36,860 bases of DNA from Bigelowiella natans CCMP2755 (GCA_000320545.1 ADNK01002376.1:1-36860), one strand, 5' to 3'. Positions 9,247 to 18,804 are shown, counted from the stretch's first letter. Notes: a model not told the origin generated them from the sequence alone. Numbers and translations: made by a program.

Positions 9247-12200
9247 TCATCGCTTTCGGAACTTCACCAACCACCAGGTAATAGATTCCTCTCTAACCTT
9301 ATCTCCTTTGTCGCTTACCCAGAACTCACCTTCGTCCTTAGGTTCGTGTCCATACCAGCCCTCTGCATCAAGGTCCCCCAGGACCTTATACCAGTGCTCA
9401 AAGGGTAAGTCGGGAACAGCTAGGTAGAGTAGCTGATATTTTCCGTCCTTTATTTTCATAGCTACCCTCTCCATATTTCGTAATCCAGGGTAGCCTAGAT
9501 AGACAATCTTCATGCGCCAATCGTCGTTCACCCTGACCTTATTGTTTCCATATTCCACATCGAACTTAGGTCGGGGTCCTAAACAAGGCATTGCTCGCTC
9601 CCACACAGTAGGGTTTACTTTAACATCCTCTAGGAGCTTCTCACCGATATCATAATTCTTTAGGTGACTGATGTGGCGCAAGGTGACCCTGTTCCCATCA
9701 TAGATGTAGTACTGCTTCCTCCCCTTCCTCTCGGTAACCTTTGCAACGCCACCCCAGAAGGGGTCTTGTTTATTTCTCGATCTCAGATTTACCTTGGCCC
9801 TAACATACTGTCCTTCCTTTAGAACTCGGCCATCGTACGGGACCTTCTCGTCTTCGCTCTCGGTATCGTCGTCGTTGTCGTCGCCTTCTTCCCTCTCCTT
9901 ATCCTTGATACCTCCCCCAGACGTGAAGGTGTCGTTTACTAACCCTTGTATCTTGTCTGGTGTGGTGCTATTTATCCTGCTTAGGTTGGCCAAGGTGCGG
10001 TGGAGTCGCTCTACCTTGGAGTTGGACTGGGCATAGTATACAGGTGAGGCATCAATATTAGGGTGTGGTAGCTGTAGAAGAGAGGTCTCATTATCCACAT
10101 GTAACTTCTTTGGTATCTTGTTTATGCTAACTTCATCAGGGATAGCCTGGAGCTCAGACTCCCAGGTACGGTAGCAGTTAGTAAGCCTCTGCTTATATAA
10201 GCCTTTGTTCTTCTTAGCAACGTTGACCTTGATAATCTTTTTAACCCAGCACTTTCCAGTGGCCACATCAACGAAGGTAAGGTAGTGATAGCCATCGTAC
10301 TTATAAACATCAATTTGCACGATATCTAAGAAGTTCCTTGCTTTGATTTTCTTAGATGCACGGCTCTTGCTGGACTCCTTGGTGGCGACGCCTGCCGCCT
10401 TCAAGCTGGAGCACCTGCAGCCACGCAGGTATGTCCTTATCTCTTTTAGCTTGTAGGGCCAGTAGTAATGGTAGAGTAGAGCAGTGATATGGTTTTCTCC
10501 TACGTGTGCAGGTCCATGGGCGGTAAAGAGAAGGGCTCCCCTGGTCCGCCGTGGCACGTAGGTACGCCTAACATTATTAGTGTATACATATATCCTATCA
10601 CTAAGTACCTCATGCTTGTGTTTGTATTTATCCAGGTGTTCTTGAAGGTGCTGGAGCTCCTCTGGCTCAGGCAGGAAGTCGCCGTCCTCGAAGGTAATCG
10701 CGTTAACCATAGGGGTGACCTGGGTAGGGACTTTCTTTTCGAACAGCCTGCTGAAATAGTCAGCAAGCTGCTTGTCTCCTGGTGCGTAGACCACTGTCCT
10801 CTTGTCCCTAAACTCTTCCGTGTCCGCCCTCATAGCTGCATACTCATCGTTAGGCGCTTCGAGCTTGCGGTCGATGCCTAGGAGGGGCTTGTGGTCAGTC
10901 ATTAAGGTGAAGCTGGGCACCGACAGCAGGTAGTATCTTAGTTTCCTCTGCGCCTCAGTCATGGCTTTATACTCTCCTTTTGTAGGGCTGTACTTGGCCT
11001 CAGCTGCTGTGCAGGCCCTGCCCCACACCCGTATGATCTGCTGGTCTTGGGTAAGTACAGCAGCCATACCTAGCTTAGACCAGTCTGTCCATAGGGTAGC
11101 TGGTCTAGTAGTGTCTAGCTTAGCATTCAATAGGGTGTTGCTGCATAACTTTATTAGGTTATCGAAGTGGGCATCAAGGCCAGCCTTGGCCCACACCTTA
11201 GCGAAGCTGAGGCCTACAGAGTTCTCCTTCCGGTAAGCAGTAGTAAAAGCAGCTGCAGTCCTAGCGTAGGTAGGGGAGAACCTACGTAGTATCCAAGCTG
11301 CAGTCTGCAAGAATGACTTTAACTCCTTTGCATTCTTAGGTTTAGGGGCTTGCTGTAGTGCTGCTACTTTCTCGGGGTTTGGGGTGATGCGGCCTTGCTC
11401 CAGGTAATATCCACACCACTTGATTCTTGTAGCTAGGAATGTACACTTCTGCAGTCTAATAGTAAAACCGAAGTGTGCAAACCTAATAAATATATTTTCC
11501 AGGAGGAAGATCTGAGCGACGACTGTGTTGGTACATATTATGTCATCATCCACATACACAAACACAAACACCCACAACACAGACGCCATCCCATCATGTG
11601 TGTATGCCCTGTAGTTCTGACTACTGAACGCATCCCCTGATATGCTTAGGCCGTAAGGGAATACGACGAAGTGCCACTTCCTGTGCCTGCTGGAGAACGC
11701 GGTAATGGGGCGGGAGGTTTTGTGGATGGGTGTCTGCATGTATGATTCATTTTTATCTAGGGAAGAGTAGTATTTGTATCCTATGACGTGTTCAATAACG
11801 TCATCTATCCTTGGTGTAGGTGTCTGGATCCTCTTTATTACTCGGTTGTGGCGGATGAAGTTGTGCGCCAGGCGGAAGAAAGGGTAAGTAGGTTTCTTAG
11901 CTAGCACATGTCTCACGTTCCATGGTGAGTTGCTTGGCTCTATCTTCCCTTCCTTTGCCCATTCATTGATCTGCCACTCTATCTTTTCCCAGTCCGCTTC
12001 CGGTCGCCTATGTTCTGGGTCATTGATGATGCACTCTTCGTATCCCTTCTTTAGCTCGATCTTTACTGGGGTAAGCTTGCTGGAGGGCTTCGTCGTCGGC
12101 TTGGTGATGTCAGAGTACTTCTCGTTTAATATTTTATTAATGTACTTTTTGCCTTTGTCGATATCCCAATCATCAGCTGGGGGGGTCTTGTCCAGTAGCT

Positions 12201-14220
12201 CCGTTATCTGTCGGATGGTCTTGCCGGGGTTCTTCTTCCGTAGCTCGGTAGGTGTAGGTAGCTTGTTGTCCGCTAGGTCCATAAACTCTAACGCATTAAC
12301 GCTTGACTCAGAGGTCCACTCGTCAAGCCGTATCATGTTCTGGCTGATGGTCCTGCCTGACTTCTTTGGCAACTTAGCAAAGTATATCTTGTGATTGTAG
12401 AATGATATGATCCCCCCTAATTTTTCTAGGGCATCCTGTCCGAGGAGTAGTTCCATGGATAAAGTCATGGCTACTCGGGTCTTGATTTGGGTCTCCGCGT
12501 CGCTGCCAGGTATCTGTAGCTTTAGCATTAGCTCACCGACGGTCTTCATGGAAGAGCTTCCGTCTGCTTGAGCATATTTACGTTCTTTCTTAGTCACTTG
12601 ATCCAATAGTCCTAACCTTCTTACTGTGCTTAGGCTTATGAAGGACTTCGGCATGCTGCCACTATCCCAAAGGGCAGGTAGTTTCTTGTAGTCTCCGTAG
12701 CTGTCTTTAACTTTAACCTTGGTCATAGCAACTTTGATAGTCCTGTTAGCGTCTTCGTCATTAATGTTGCATACTCCTAAGTTCTTTATGTCGTCTAGGG
12801 TCATGGGCTTGTCTTGGTCCTGCGTTGCTGGTACTGCTGTCTTCGTCGGCGCCTGCTTAAGGTGATCTAATATTCCGTTTATCTGCTGCTGTATAGCATT
12901 GATACTGTTCTGCTTTTTGTTCTTATATTTATTGTTCTTCCCGTTGTTGCTGCCTTGCCATTTGCTGTTGTTATATCCTTGTCCTCTGCCTTTCTTTCTC
13001 TTTAACTTCTCGTAGTGTTCGTTGAGCTGCCTGATCGTCATCCTGGGTCGTCCTTCTTTCCTGTCTCTGCAGTCTTTAGCGGTGTGTTTCCCTTTACGTG
13101 AGCAGTATCCGCAACGTCGGTTACCTTCCCTGTCCTTGTACCAGTCTCGCTGCGGCTTAATAGCGTTAATGTTTCCTATGCCAGGTACCTTAGGGCTGGT
13201 AAACTTGCGGTCCTGCTCCTGCTCGCGTAGGGATATAGCCTGCACTGCTGCCTCCATCGTGGTGTAGCCTTTCTCCGTAACGTAAGTGGATTCCTTTATC
13301 TTTAACTTGAACTCTTCAAACCTTGCCTGATCATCACCTGTGTTGTAATTAAAATCATGTAGTTCGTCGATCATATCCTGGAAGCGCGTGGCAAAGTCTC
13401 TAACAGGTTCTCTCTCATGCTGCATCATTGCTCTGTATTTTCTAATAGCCTGGGGTAGGGAGTTAGCATCCTGTTCATTTACAAAAGCCTTCATTATCGC
13501 CTCAACGTCTCGTAGCCCACTAACTGTAGTGTGTATTTTCTCTAGCTGCCTGATCCGGGTCCTGCCTGTCTCGTAAAGGTCCATGGCTTGCTTTATTATA
13601 GCTAGCCATTTGAGCTTGTCGTTTTCGGTGGGGTTAGGGGTAAAGTCGCAGAGTATACTCCTAGCGTTCTTCCACCACCTCCTTGCCTCACCTCTTTTCC
13701 CGTTGTATTTCGTTATCATAACCGGTGCTGTTTTAACAGACATGAACTGGGTGTTCCGCTGTACCGGCTGCTGCTGCTTGACGGTGCTCTGGGTCGTCCC
13801 CCGCGAGGCGCCCAGACCCCCGTCGTTCCTAAACAAAGCTGCCCACTCTGGAGGTAAGTCTGCTTCGTAATCCATGATGTCCTGCATGATAGCTGCCCAA
13901 ACATCATGTGTCTGATACTTGTATTCTATCGATACTTTCAGTTTGGCGTAGTTGCTCGCCCTGGGTCGCAAGGCTCGTAATGCCATTACGACCTTCTTGC
14001 TTTCGGCGGCCACGTCCTCGTCGTCCGCCTCGTAGAAGTTCTCCAGTGCCTCTGCTGCTGCATCTGCTTTCTTAATCCCGGGTGCTGGTCCCGGCGGTGC
14101 CTGTGGAGGTGTTCCTCCTCCTTCCTTAGCGTCCGTATCGCCCTTCCTTTCCTGTTTCTGCTCGTGCCCTTGCACGGCCTGCGAGCCAAAGTCCTGCTGT
14201 TCTTCTAGCTGCTGTGACAT
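9247..14220 (-). CDS. gag-pol: Gag-Pol polyprotein, 1657 aa: Gag with zinc knuckle, aspartic protease, RT, RNase H, integrase, GPY/F-like module, C-terminal MTase-like domain
   Basis: CGYCSRKGKHTAKDC (13069-13113); ALWDSGS (D at 12664-12666); SSLD, FPYGL and YVDD (11545-11556); RNase H LWTDWS...YSPTKGE...TDHKPL...ADYFSR; integrase HGPAH...CRC, IQ-region D (QIDVY), HVDNE, KVERLHRTL; LKEGQYV...PFWGG..KV. Confidence 0.96.
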   Translation of the reverse strand: MSQQLEEQQDFGSQAVQGHEQKQERKGDTDAKEGGGTPPQAPPGPAPGIKKADAAAEALENFYEADDEDVAAESKKVVMALRALRPRASNYAKLKVSIEYKYQTHDVWAAIMQDIMDYEADLPPEWAALFRNDGGLGASRGTTQSTVKQQQPVQRNTQFMSVKTAPVMITKYNGKRGEARRWWKNARSILCDFTPNPTENDKLKWLAIIKQAMDLYETGRTRIRQLEKIHTTVSGLRDVEAIMKAFVNEQDANSLPQAIRKYRAMMQHEREPVRDFATRFQDMIDELHDFNYNTGDDQARFEEFKLKIKESTYVTEKGYTTMEAAVQAISLREQEQDRKFTSPKVPGIGNINAIKPQRDWYKDREGNRRCGYCSRKGKHTAKDCRDRKEGRPRMTIRQLNEHYEKLKRKKGRGQGYNNSKWQGSNNGKNNKYKNKKQNSINAIQQQINGILDHLKQAPTKTAVPATQDQDKPMTLDDIKNLGVCNINDEDANRTIKVAMTKVKVKDSYGDYKKLPALWDSGSMPKSFISLSTVRRLGLLDQVTKKERKYAQADGSSSMKTVGELMLKLQIPGSDAETQIKTRVAMTLSMELLLGQDALEKLGGIISFYNHKIYFAKLPKKSGRTISQNMIRLDEWTSESSVNALEFMDLADNKLPTPTELRKKNPGKTIRQITELLDKTPPADDWDIDKGKKYINKILNEKYSDITKPTTKPSSKLTPVKIELKKGYEECIINDPEHRRPEADWEKIEWQINEWAKEGKIEPSNSPWNVRHVLAKKPTYPFFRLAHNFIRHNRVIKRIQTPTPRIDDVIEHVIGYKYYSSLDKNESYMQTPIHKTSRPITAFSSRHRKWHFVVFPYGLSISGDAFSSQNYRAYTHDGMASVLWVFVFVYVDDDIICTNTVVAQIFLLENIFIRFAHFGFTIRLQKCTFLATRIKWCGYYLEQGRITPNPEKVAALQQAPKPKNAKELKSFLQTAAWILRRFSPTYARTAAAFTTAYRKENSVGLSFAKVWAKAGLDAHFDNLIKLCSNTLLNAKLDTTRPATLWTDWSKLGMAAVLTQDQQIIRVWGRACTAAEAKYSPTKGEYKAMTEAQRKLRYYLLSVPSFTLMTDHKPLLGIDRKLEAPNDEYAAMRADTEEFRDKRTVVYAPGDKQLADYFSRLFEKKVPTQVTPMVNAITFEDGDFLPEPEELQHLQEHLDKYKHKHEVLSDRIYVYTNNVRRTYVPRRTRGALLFTAHGPAHVGENHITALLYHYYWPYKLKEIRTYLRGCRCSSLKAAGVATKESSKSRASKKIKARNFLDIVQIDVYKYDGYHYLTFVDVATGKCWVKKIIKVNVAKKNKGLYKQRLTNCYRTWESELQAIPDEVSINKIPKKLHVDNETSLLQLPHPNIDASPVYYAQSNSKVERLHRTLANLSRINSTTPDKIQGLVNDTFTSGGGIKDKEREEGDDNDDDTESEDEKVPYDGRVLKEGQYVRAKVNLRSRNKQDPFWGGVAKVTERKGRKQYYIYDGNRVTLRHISHLKNYDIGEKLLEDVKVNPTVWERAMPCLGPRPKFDVEYGNNKVRVNDDWRMKIVYLGYPGLRNMERVAMKIKDGKYQLLYLAVPDLPFEHWYKVLGDLDAEGWYGHEPKDEGEFWVSDKGDKVREESITWWLVKFRKR

Positions 14221-14236
14221 TGTTAGTCAAATCGTT

Positions 14237-14254
14237 TCCCGTGTGTGGAAGCCA
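14237..14254 (-). promoter_or_regulatory. Primer-binding site, tRNA-like (possibly tRNA-Glu)
   Basis: The element strand reads TGGCTTCCACACACGGGA, 5 nt after the 5' LTR. Its complement TCCCGTGTGTGGAAGCCA ends in CCA and resembles tRNA-Glu 3' ends. The tRNA identity is an inference. Confidence 0.75.
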
Positions 14255-14259
14255 AAGGT

Positions 14260-14585
14260 TGTTGCGCGTAAGGTGTTCACAGGCCGAGGCGCTACGTGCA
14301 CAAGTAGGCAGGGGGGGGGGAAGGCACGTTTGCTTCCTTTTGAAGAGTTGTGTTTATTTTTATTAAAGATTATATTTTTATTAAATCGTGCACTGCGTAA
14401 TCATTCGCGAAGCTTTCGCGAATGCCGCCGCACGTGGGGCAGCACACTTCCGGTGTGCTGCCATGAGTCCCGCCGGAACCCACGTGCCCATGCTGTATTA
14501 ATATCTACGTTATCTATATTCTATATCCGCGACAACCCCTTTGTTGTCGCACGTGACTTGTGCCCGCGTAGTGGTACGCGCTACA
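14260..14585 (-). repeat. 5' LTR (326 bp)
   Basis: Direct repeat of 8870-9195; followed on the element strand by the PBS and the gag ATG. Confidence 0.97.
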
Positions 14586-14977
14586 GCTAGCGCATGACTT
14601 GAGCAGTCAGGCTGCTGTGTGGGCTAGATGGGTGTCGGGTTATCTTTGTGCCATGCTAGCATGATGGACACACATCTAGACTTCTAGACATGGCCGCCGC
14701 AACAGACGACATAGCATTGGTTGTGGGCGTGTGACCACAGCTAGCTAGACAGGTTCAAAGGTGTCTGGTGCTAGATTTCACGCGCCAGTTAGCATTGTGT
14801 TTGGCGGATGCACACTGCTGCCAAACCACATAATCCATATTCACAGCAGGTTCGCGCAGGATTCTTTCGCAGCGAGACTAGACTTGACACATAGCATGCA
14901 ACATGTGACAGCAAAAACATCGTGTCAGACAGATTCATACCACTGCTAGACTGCGACTCAGAAAAATTTGAATTTGT

Positions 14978-17814
14978 TCATACAGTAGTTGGAGCCTTCC
15001 CTTCTCTGAGTAATAAAATATATTGCTTAGTATAAGATTGAGGTTGTCGGGAATATCTAAGAAATTCGTACCTGTTGACCAGAGATTTTTCTTCAATTTT
15101 AGTGCCTTCATCGATAGTTTTCCCTTCCAGAGACTTGATGCTACCCACAGAAGCTCGATTTTGCATTTCTTTCGCGTTCTGTACAAGAAAAAAATGGTTT
15201 TCACCTCTGAATGGGATCAACATCACCATCGTCGCAAAATCGTGCCCACCTTACGCGTCTTCGCTTTCTTGTCGATGTCCTCCTTGTCATGAAGGGTTGC
15301 CATTCTGCTGATGATGGTGTAGTAAGCAACCACGAAGATCGAAAGAACTCCAAGGATGATGAGCCCATGCCACCAGCGGTTTTTAGGCCAGTTATCTGTT
15401 GGTTCATCACCACCGTTCGTCGTCATCAGAGGAGCAATCACCAGTGAGACTACGCTCATGAGCTTTATTAGAATGTTGAGCGATGGCCCGGAAGTGTCCT
15501 TGAATGGATCACCTACGGTATCACCTACGACAACGGCCTTGTACTCATCAGTTTTCTTTGGATGCTTGGTCTCGGGGTGCAACATGCCTTTGCCGACATA
15601 CTTCTTGGCATTGTCCCAAGCCCCACCTGCGTTGGACATCATGACGGCAAGAAGAAACCCTGAAGAGATAGATCCCGCGAGTAGCCCAAGCAAGCACCTC
15701 GGTCCGATCATGAGGCCGACTACAATTGGCATAAATATGGCCAGAAGCCCTGGAATGACCATTTCCTTGACAGATTCTGTGGTGCAGATGTCGACGCACT
15801 TCTGGGAGTCGAGGGGGGTACTGTGTTCCCATTTCTCGTTGAGTTGGGATCGGCACTCGTACATGATCGCTTCCGCAGCGCTCCCGACGGAAAGCATGGT
15901 GAGGGCTGCGAACACAAAAGGAAGTGCCGCTCCGAGGATGATTCCAGGTAGAACGACTTCATCGAGCAAATTGACCTCCTGTAAGCCGACGGCATCTGCA
16001 AACGCGTTCATCAGAGCCAGGGCGGTGAGTACCGCACTTCCGATAGCAAATCCCTTTCCCGTAGCGGCAGTTGTGTTGCCTAATGCGTCGAGTGAGTCGG
16101 TTGTGTCACGAGTCTTGTCGCTCACTTCTTGAGACATTTCAGCAATGCCTCCTGCATTATCAGCCACTGGGCCGAAGGCATCTGTTGCCAGGGTCACCCC
16201 GAGGGTCGAGAGCATTCCGACGGCGCACACGGCAATCCCATATACTCCCATCAAGGCGTGAGCGGCAAGAATAGCAACCACGACGCAAAGCACAGGAGGC
16301 ACACAAGAAAGCATACCGACACCCAACCCCTGGATAATGACGGTTGCAGGACCTGTATACGACTTTTCGGCGATGGAGACAGTTGGTGGCTCGGTGTAGC
16401 TCGTTGCGTACTCCGTAGCAAATCCTTTAAGTGTAAGATAAACACGCATACACGATGAACACATGTGCACACACACACACACACACACAGGCTGCGAAAA
16501 TGTGAGATGGTGAAGTGAGTGTAATGTGTTGCGTTTGCTTGGCGCGCAATATTTGCTCACCAATAGAGTTTCCGCACAAGATTCCAATAAGCACAGTAAG
16601 GAAGAGCTTCCAGGCCTCGGAATTATCAGTACCGAAGGTAAGTCCAATAGCCACCCACGTCAGGCCGAGGACAACAATAGAAGATGCTATAATTGCAAAT
16701 CGGATCGACCAGAGCAGAGAGTTCAGCACAGCGGTAGCCTCTTTCAGTTGACTTTCCTTGTCGCCAACATTCTTTTTCACTGTCCGAGCGGTGCGGACTA
16801 GCATCGTGCCGATGATGGATGCAATCGACCCAAATCCAGCTAGCCAGAAAGGGAAGGCGATTCCAGCATTACCAAACTTCTCCACCCCGAGGGTAGCTGC
16901 AGCGATGATGGAACCAGCGTAAGATTCAAAGAGGTCGGCACCCATGCCTGCAACATCACCAACGTTATCCCCGACATTATCTGCAATTGTCGCGGGATTC
17001 TCTGGCGAGTCTTCCGGTAAATCTTCCTCCACCTTTCCCACTAAATCTGCACCGACGTCCGCAGCTTTCGTGTAAATCCCCCCCCCAACACGAGCGAAGA
17101 GCGCGACACTAGAGCCTCCAAATGCAAAGGCTGAGATCTGTTCCCAAATTTCCCTCCGATGGTCTGCATCCTTGTCCTCATCCTCAAACGAGATGTAAAG
17201 AATTGCGATGCCAATGAGAGCGCTGCTCACTACGGACAACGCCATAACCGATCCTGATTTGAAAGCTACCCGAAGACCTGCATTCAGGTCGCCAGGCTGG
17301 TCTGGGGATGGAGGCTCACACGCAATCGTGGTGAGGACATTCGAGTATGTAGCAACTGTCATTCCGATATATCCGGAAGTCGCAGAGAGGATTGCTCCGA
17401 ACCAAAACGACACCATCGATCTCCAGCCAAGCCCCGGCAGACCGAGGATTACCAAACCAACGACGAAGATAAATCCAAGCAGGAAAGAGTACTCTCTGTG
17501 TAGAAAAGCACGAGCACCAGCAGAAATCGCATCTGCAATCTTATATGTTTCTGGATACTTCTCACGGTCACGCGGCATAAATGAGAGCTACGCACAGAGC
17601 ACATCAAATGATCAGCCAGGGATTAAGATAGAAATTAAGCTGTGGGGTGACCTGAAGGGCGTAAATCGTTGCAAAGATAAGGGCAACACCTCCACCGATC
17701 CAAGCTGTAAAAAGAAATAATTAGCTCTGAGAATTCTGAAAAAAGGCGTGTTTAAAGGCCCGCTTTCGTAAATTACTGACCTCCCGAAGAATTGCTATAA
17801 CGGCCAAGGTCCAT
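14978..17814 (-). CDS. hppA: Membrane-bound ion-translocating pyrophosphatase (mPPase), K+-dependent, with Na+-PPase-type signature
   Basis: Motifs RVGGGIYTKAADVGADLVGKVE, DNVGDNVGD, GPVADNAGGIAEM, DALGNTTAATGKGFAIGS, GGAWDNAKKY and GDTVGDPFKDTSGPSLN. There is an intron at ~16560-16425, short 5' exons (MDLGRYSNSSG|AWIGGGVALIF...) and 3' exons ending ...EGKAPTTV* at 14978. Confidence 0.95.
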
Positions 17815-18804
17815 CCATCTGAAATCACCAAGGTCATCGAACTATGAATCAAGTTTCGAAGGATCTATACGAAGTAATTACCCGTCGTCGAACCGGTCGT
17901 TCAGGTCGGTCATTCTCAGCAACTTTGAAAGGATTTAGAAGACTCCGGGCTACTGTTTGTTCAAGGGGGAAGAAAGTTATCCAACTGAAGAGAAAGGAAA
18001 GATTTTTGAATAGACTCAAGCTAGACACATTTATGTAAGAATGGTAGATGAAGAAGATGGAGTAAGAGAAAGGATTGTGGCAGAGGAATCTCCCATGGTA
18101 CACACCTCTTTGGTAGGGAATGCGGGGTTGAACACCGCGCTGTTAGGGAAGTCGAAGCTCCGCAAAACGCAATCTTTGTGCGAATGGCGGGCATTTTTCT
18201 CCTCCTGGAGACTTCCTGTGCAACCATGTGGCAAGAAGGGCCCAAGATCTACTGATCGAACAAGCAAAATACAACCAAAGAGAAATCACCTGGCAAACGA
18301 AGAAAACAAGAGTACCCGATCTAAAAATCTACTGTCACCATTGGAGTACCCCTTCCTAAGGCTTTTATGATCGCAGAATTGTCCAAATGCAACCAGATTT
18401 AGTGAATTTTTGTTAGGGGTTTCCACTTGGATGCAAGTTCTTTTTTGGGCAAAAATTCCAGGTTTACAGAATTGATCTTGATCAAATGTACATGAATGCA
18501 CATGTCGAACAGAATGAATGAACCAACAAATTTGTTCACTGTTCTTCCGGTTTTGAACAGAGCATCAAATTTCACTTAAATTTAAAACTGCGGCAAAAGA
18601 AACTCGTTCAAATCAGGCAGATTTTTGTCAGGAGACTGCATTAATCTGGGTAATATCGGGTCGTAGTTTCAGCAATACCGGGATTTCTATACACACCACC
18701 TTGAGGCCACTGCCAGATGGAGGAACGGCGTTGCTCGCCGCGGTCGGCTTTCTCCTTCGTCTACCTTTGAACTTCCATGACTACTATGTACCGCATTTGT
18801 ATAG

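Larger units (their letters stand above)
8870..14585 (-). mobile_element. Full-length Ty3/Gypsy (Metaviridae)-type LTR retrotransposon, 5716 bp
   Basis: Two identical 326-bp LTRs (TG...CA), 4-bp TSD GCTA (8866-8869 and 14586-14589), PBS, PPT, and a single ORF with domain order Gag-PR-RT-RH-IN. Confidence 0.97.

Noticed and set aside
9196-9247. env or additional 3' ORF in the retroelement
   Set aside because: Only ~50 bp lie between the pol stop and the LTR, leaving no room for one.
8870-14585. Classification as a DIRS element because of the MTase-like domain
   Set aside because: It has direct LTRs, a TSD, PBS/PPT, a protease and a DDE integrase, and no tyrosine recombinase.
15356-17720. Long plus-strand ORFs (258 aa, 170 aa and others) over the mPPase
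   Set aside because: Antisense shadows of a real coding strand. The same applies to ORFs opposite gag-pol, the mucin repeat and the coiled-coil gene.
18041-18370. 109-aa ORF as an independent gene
   Set aside because: No motifs and no convincing splice connection. It may be intergenic or a 5' exon of the downstream gene; this cannot be supported either way.
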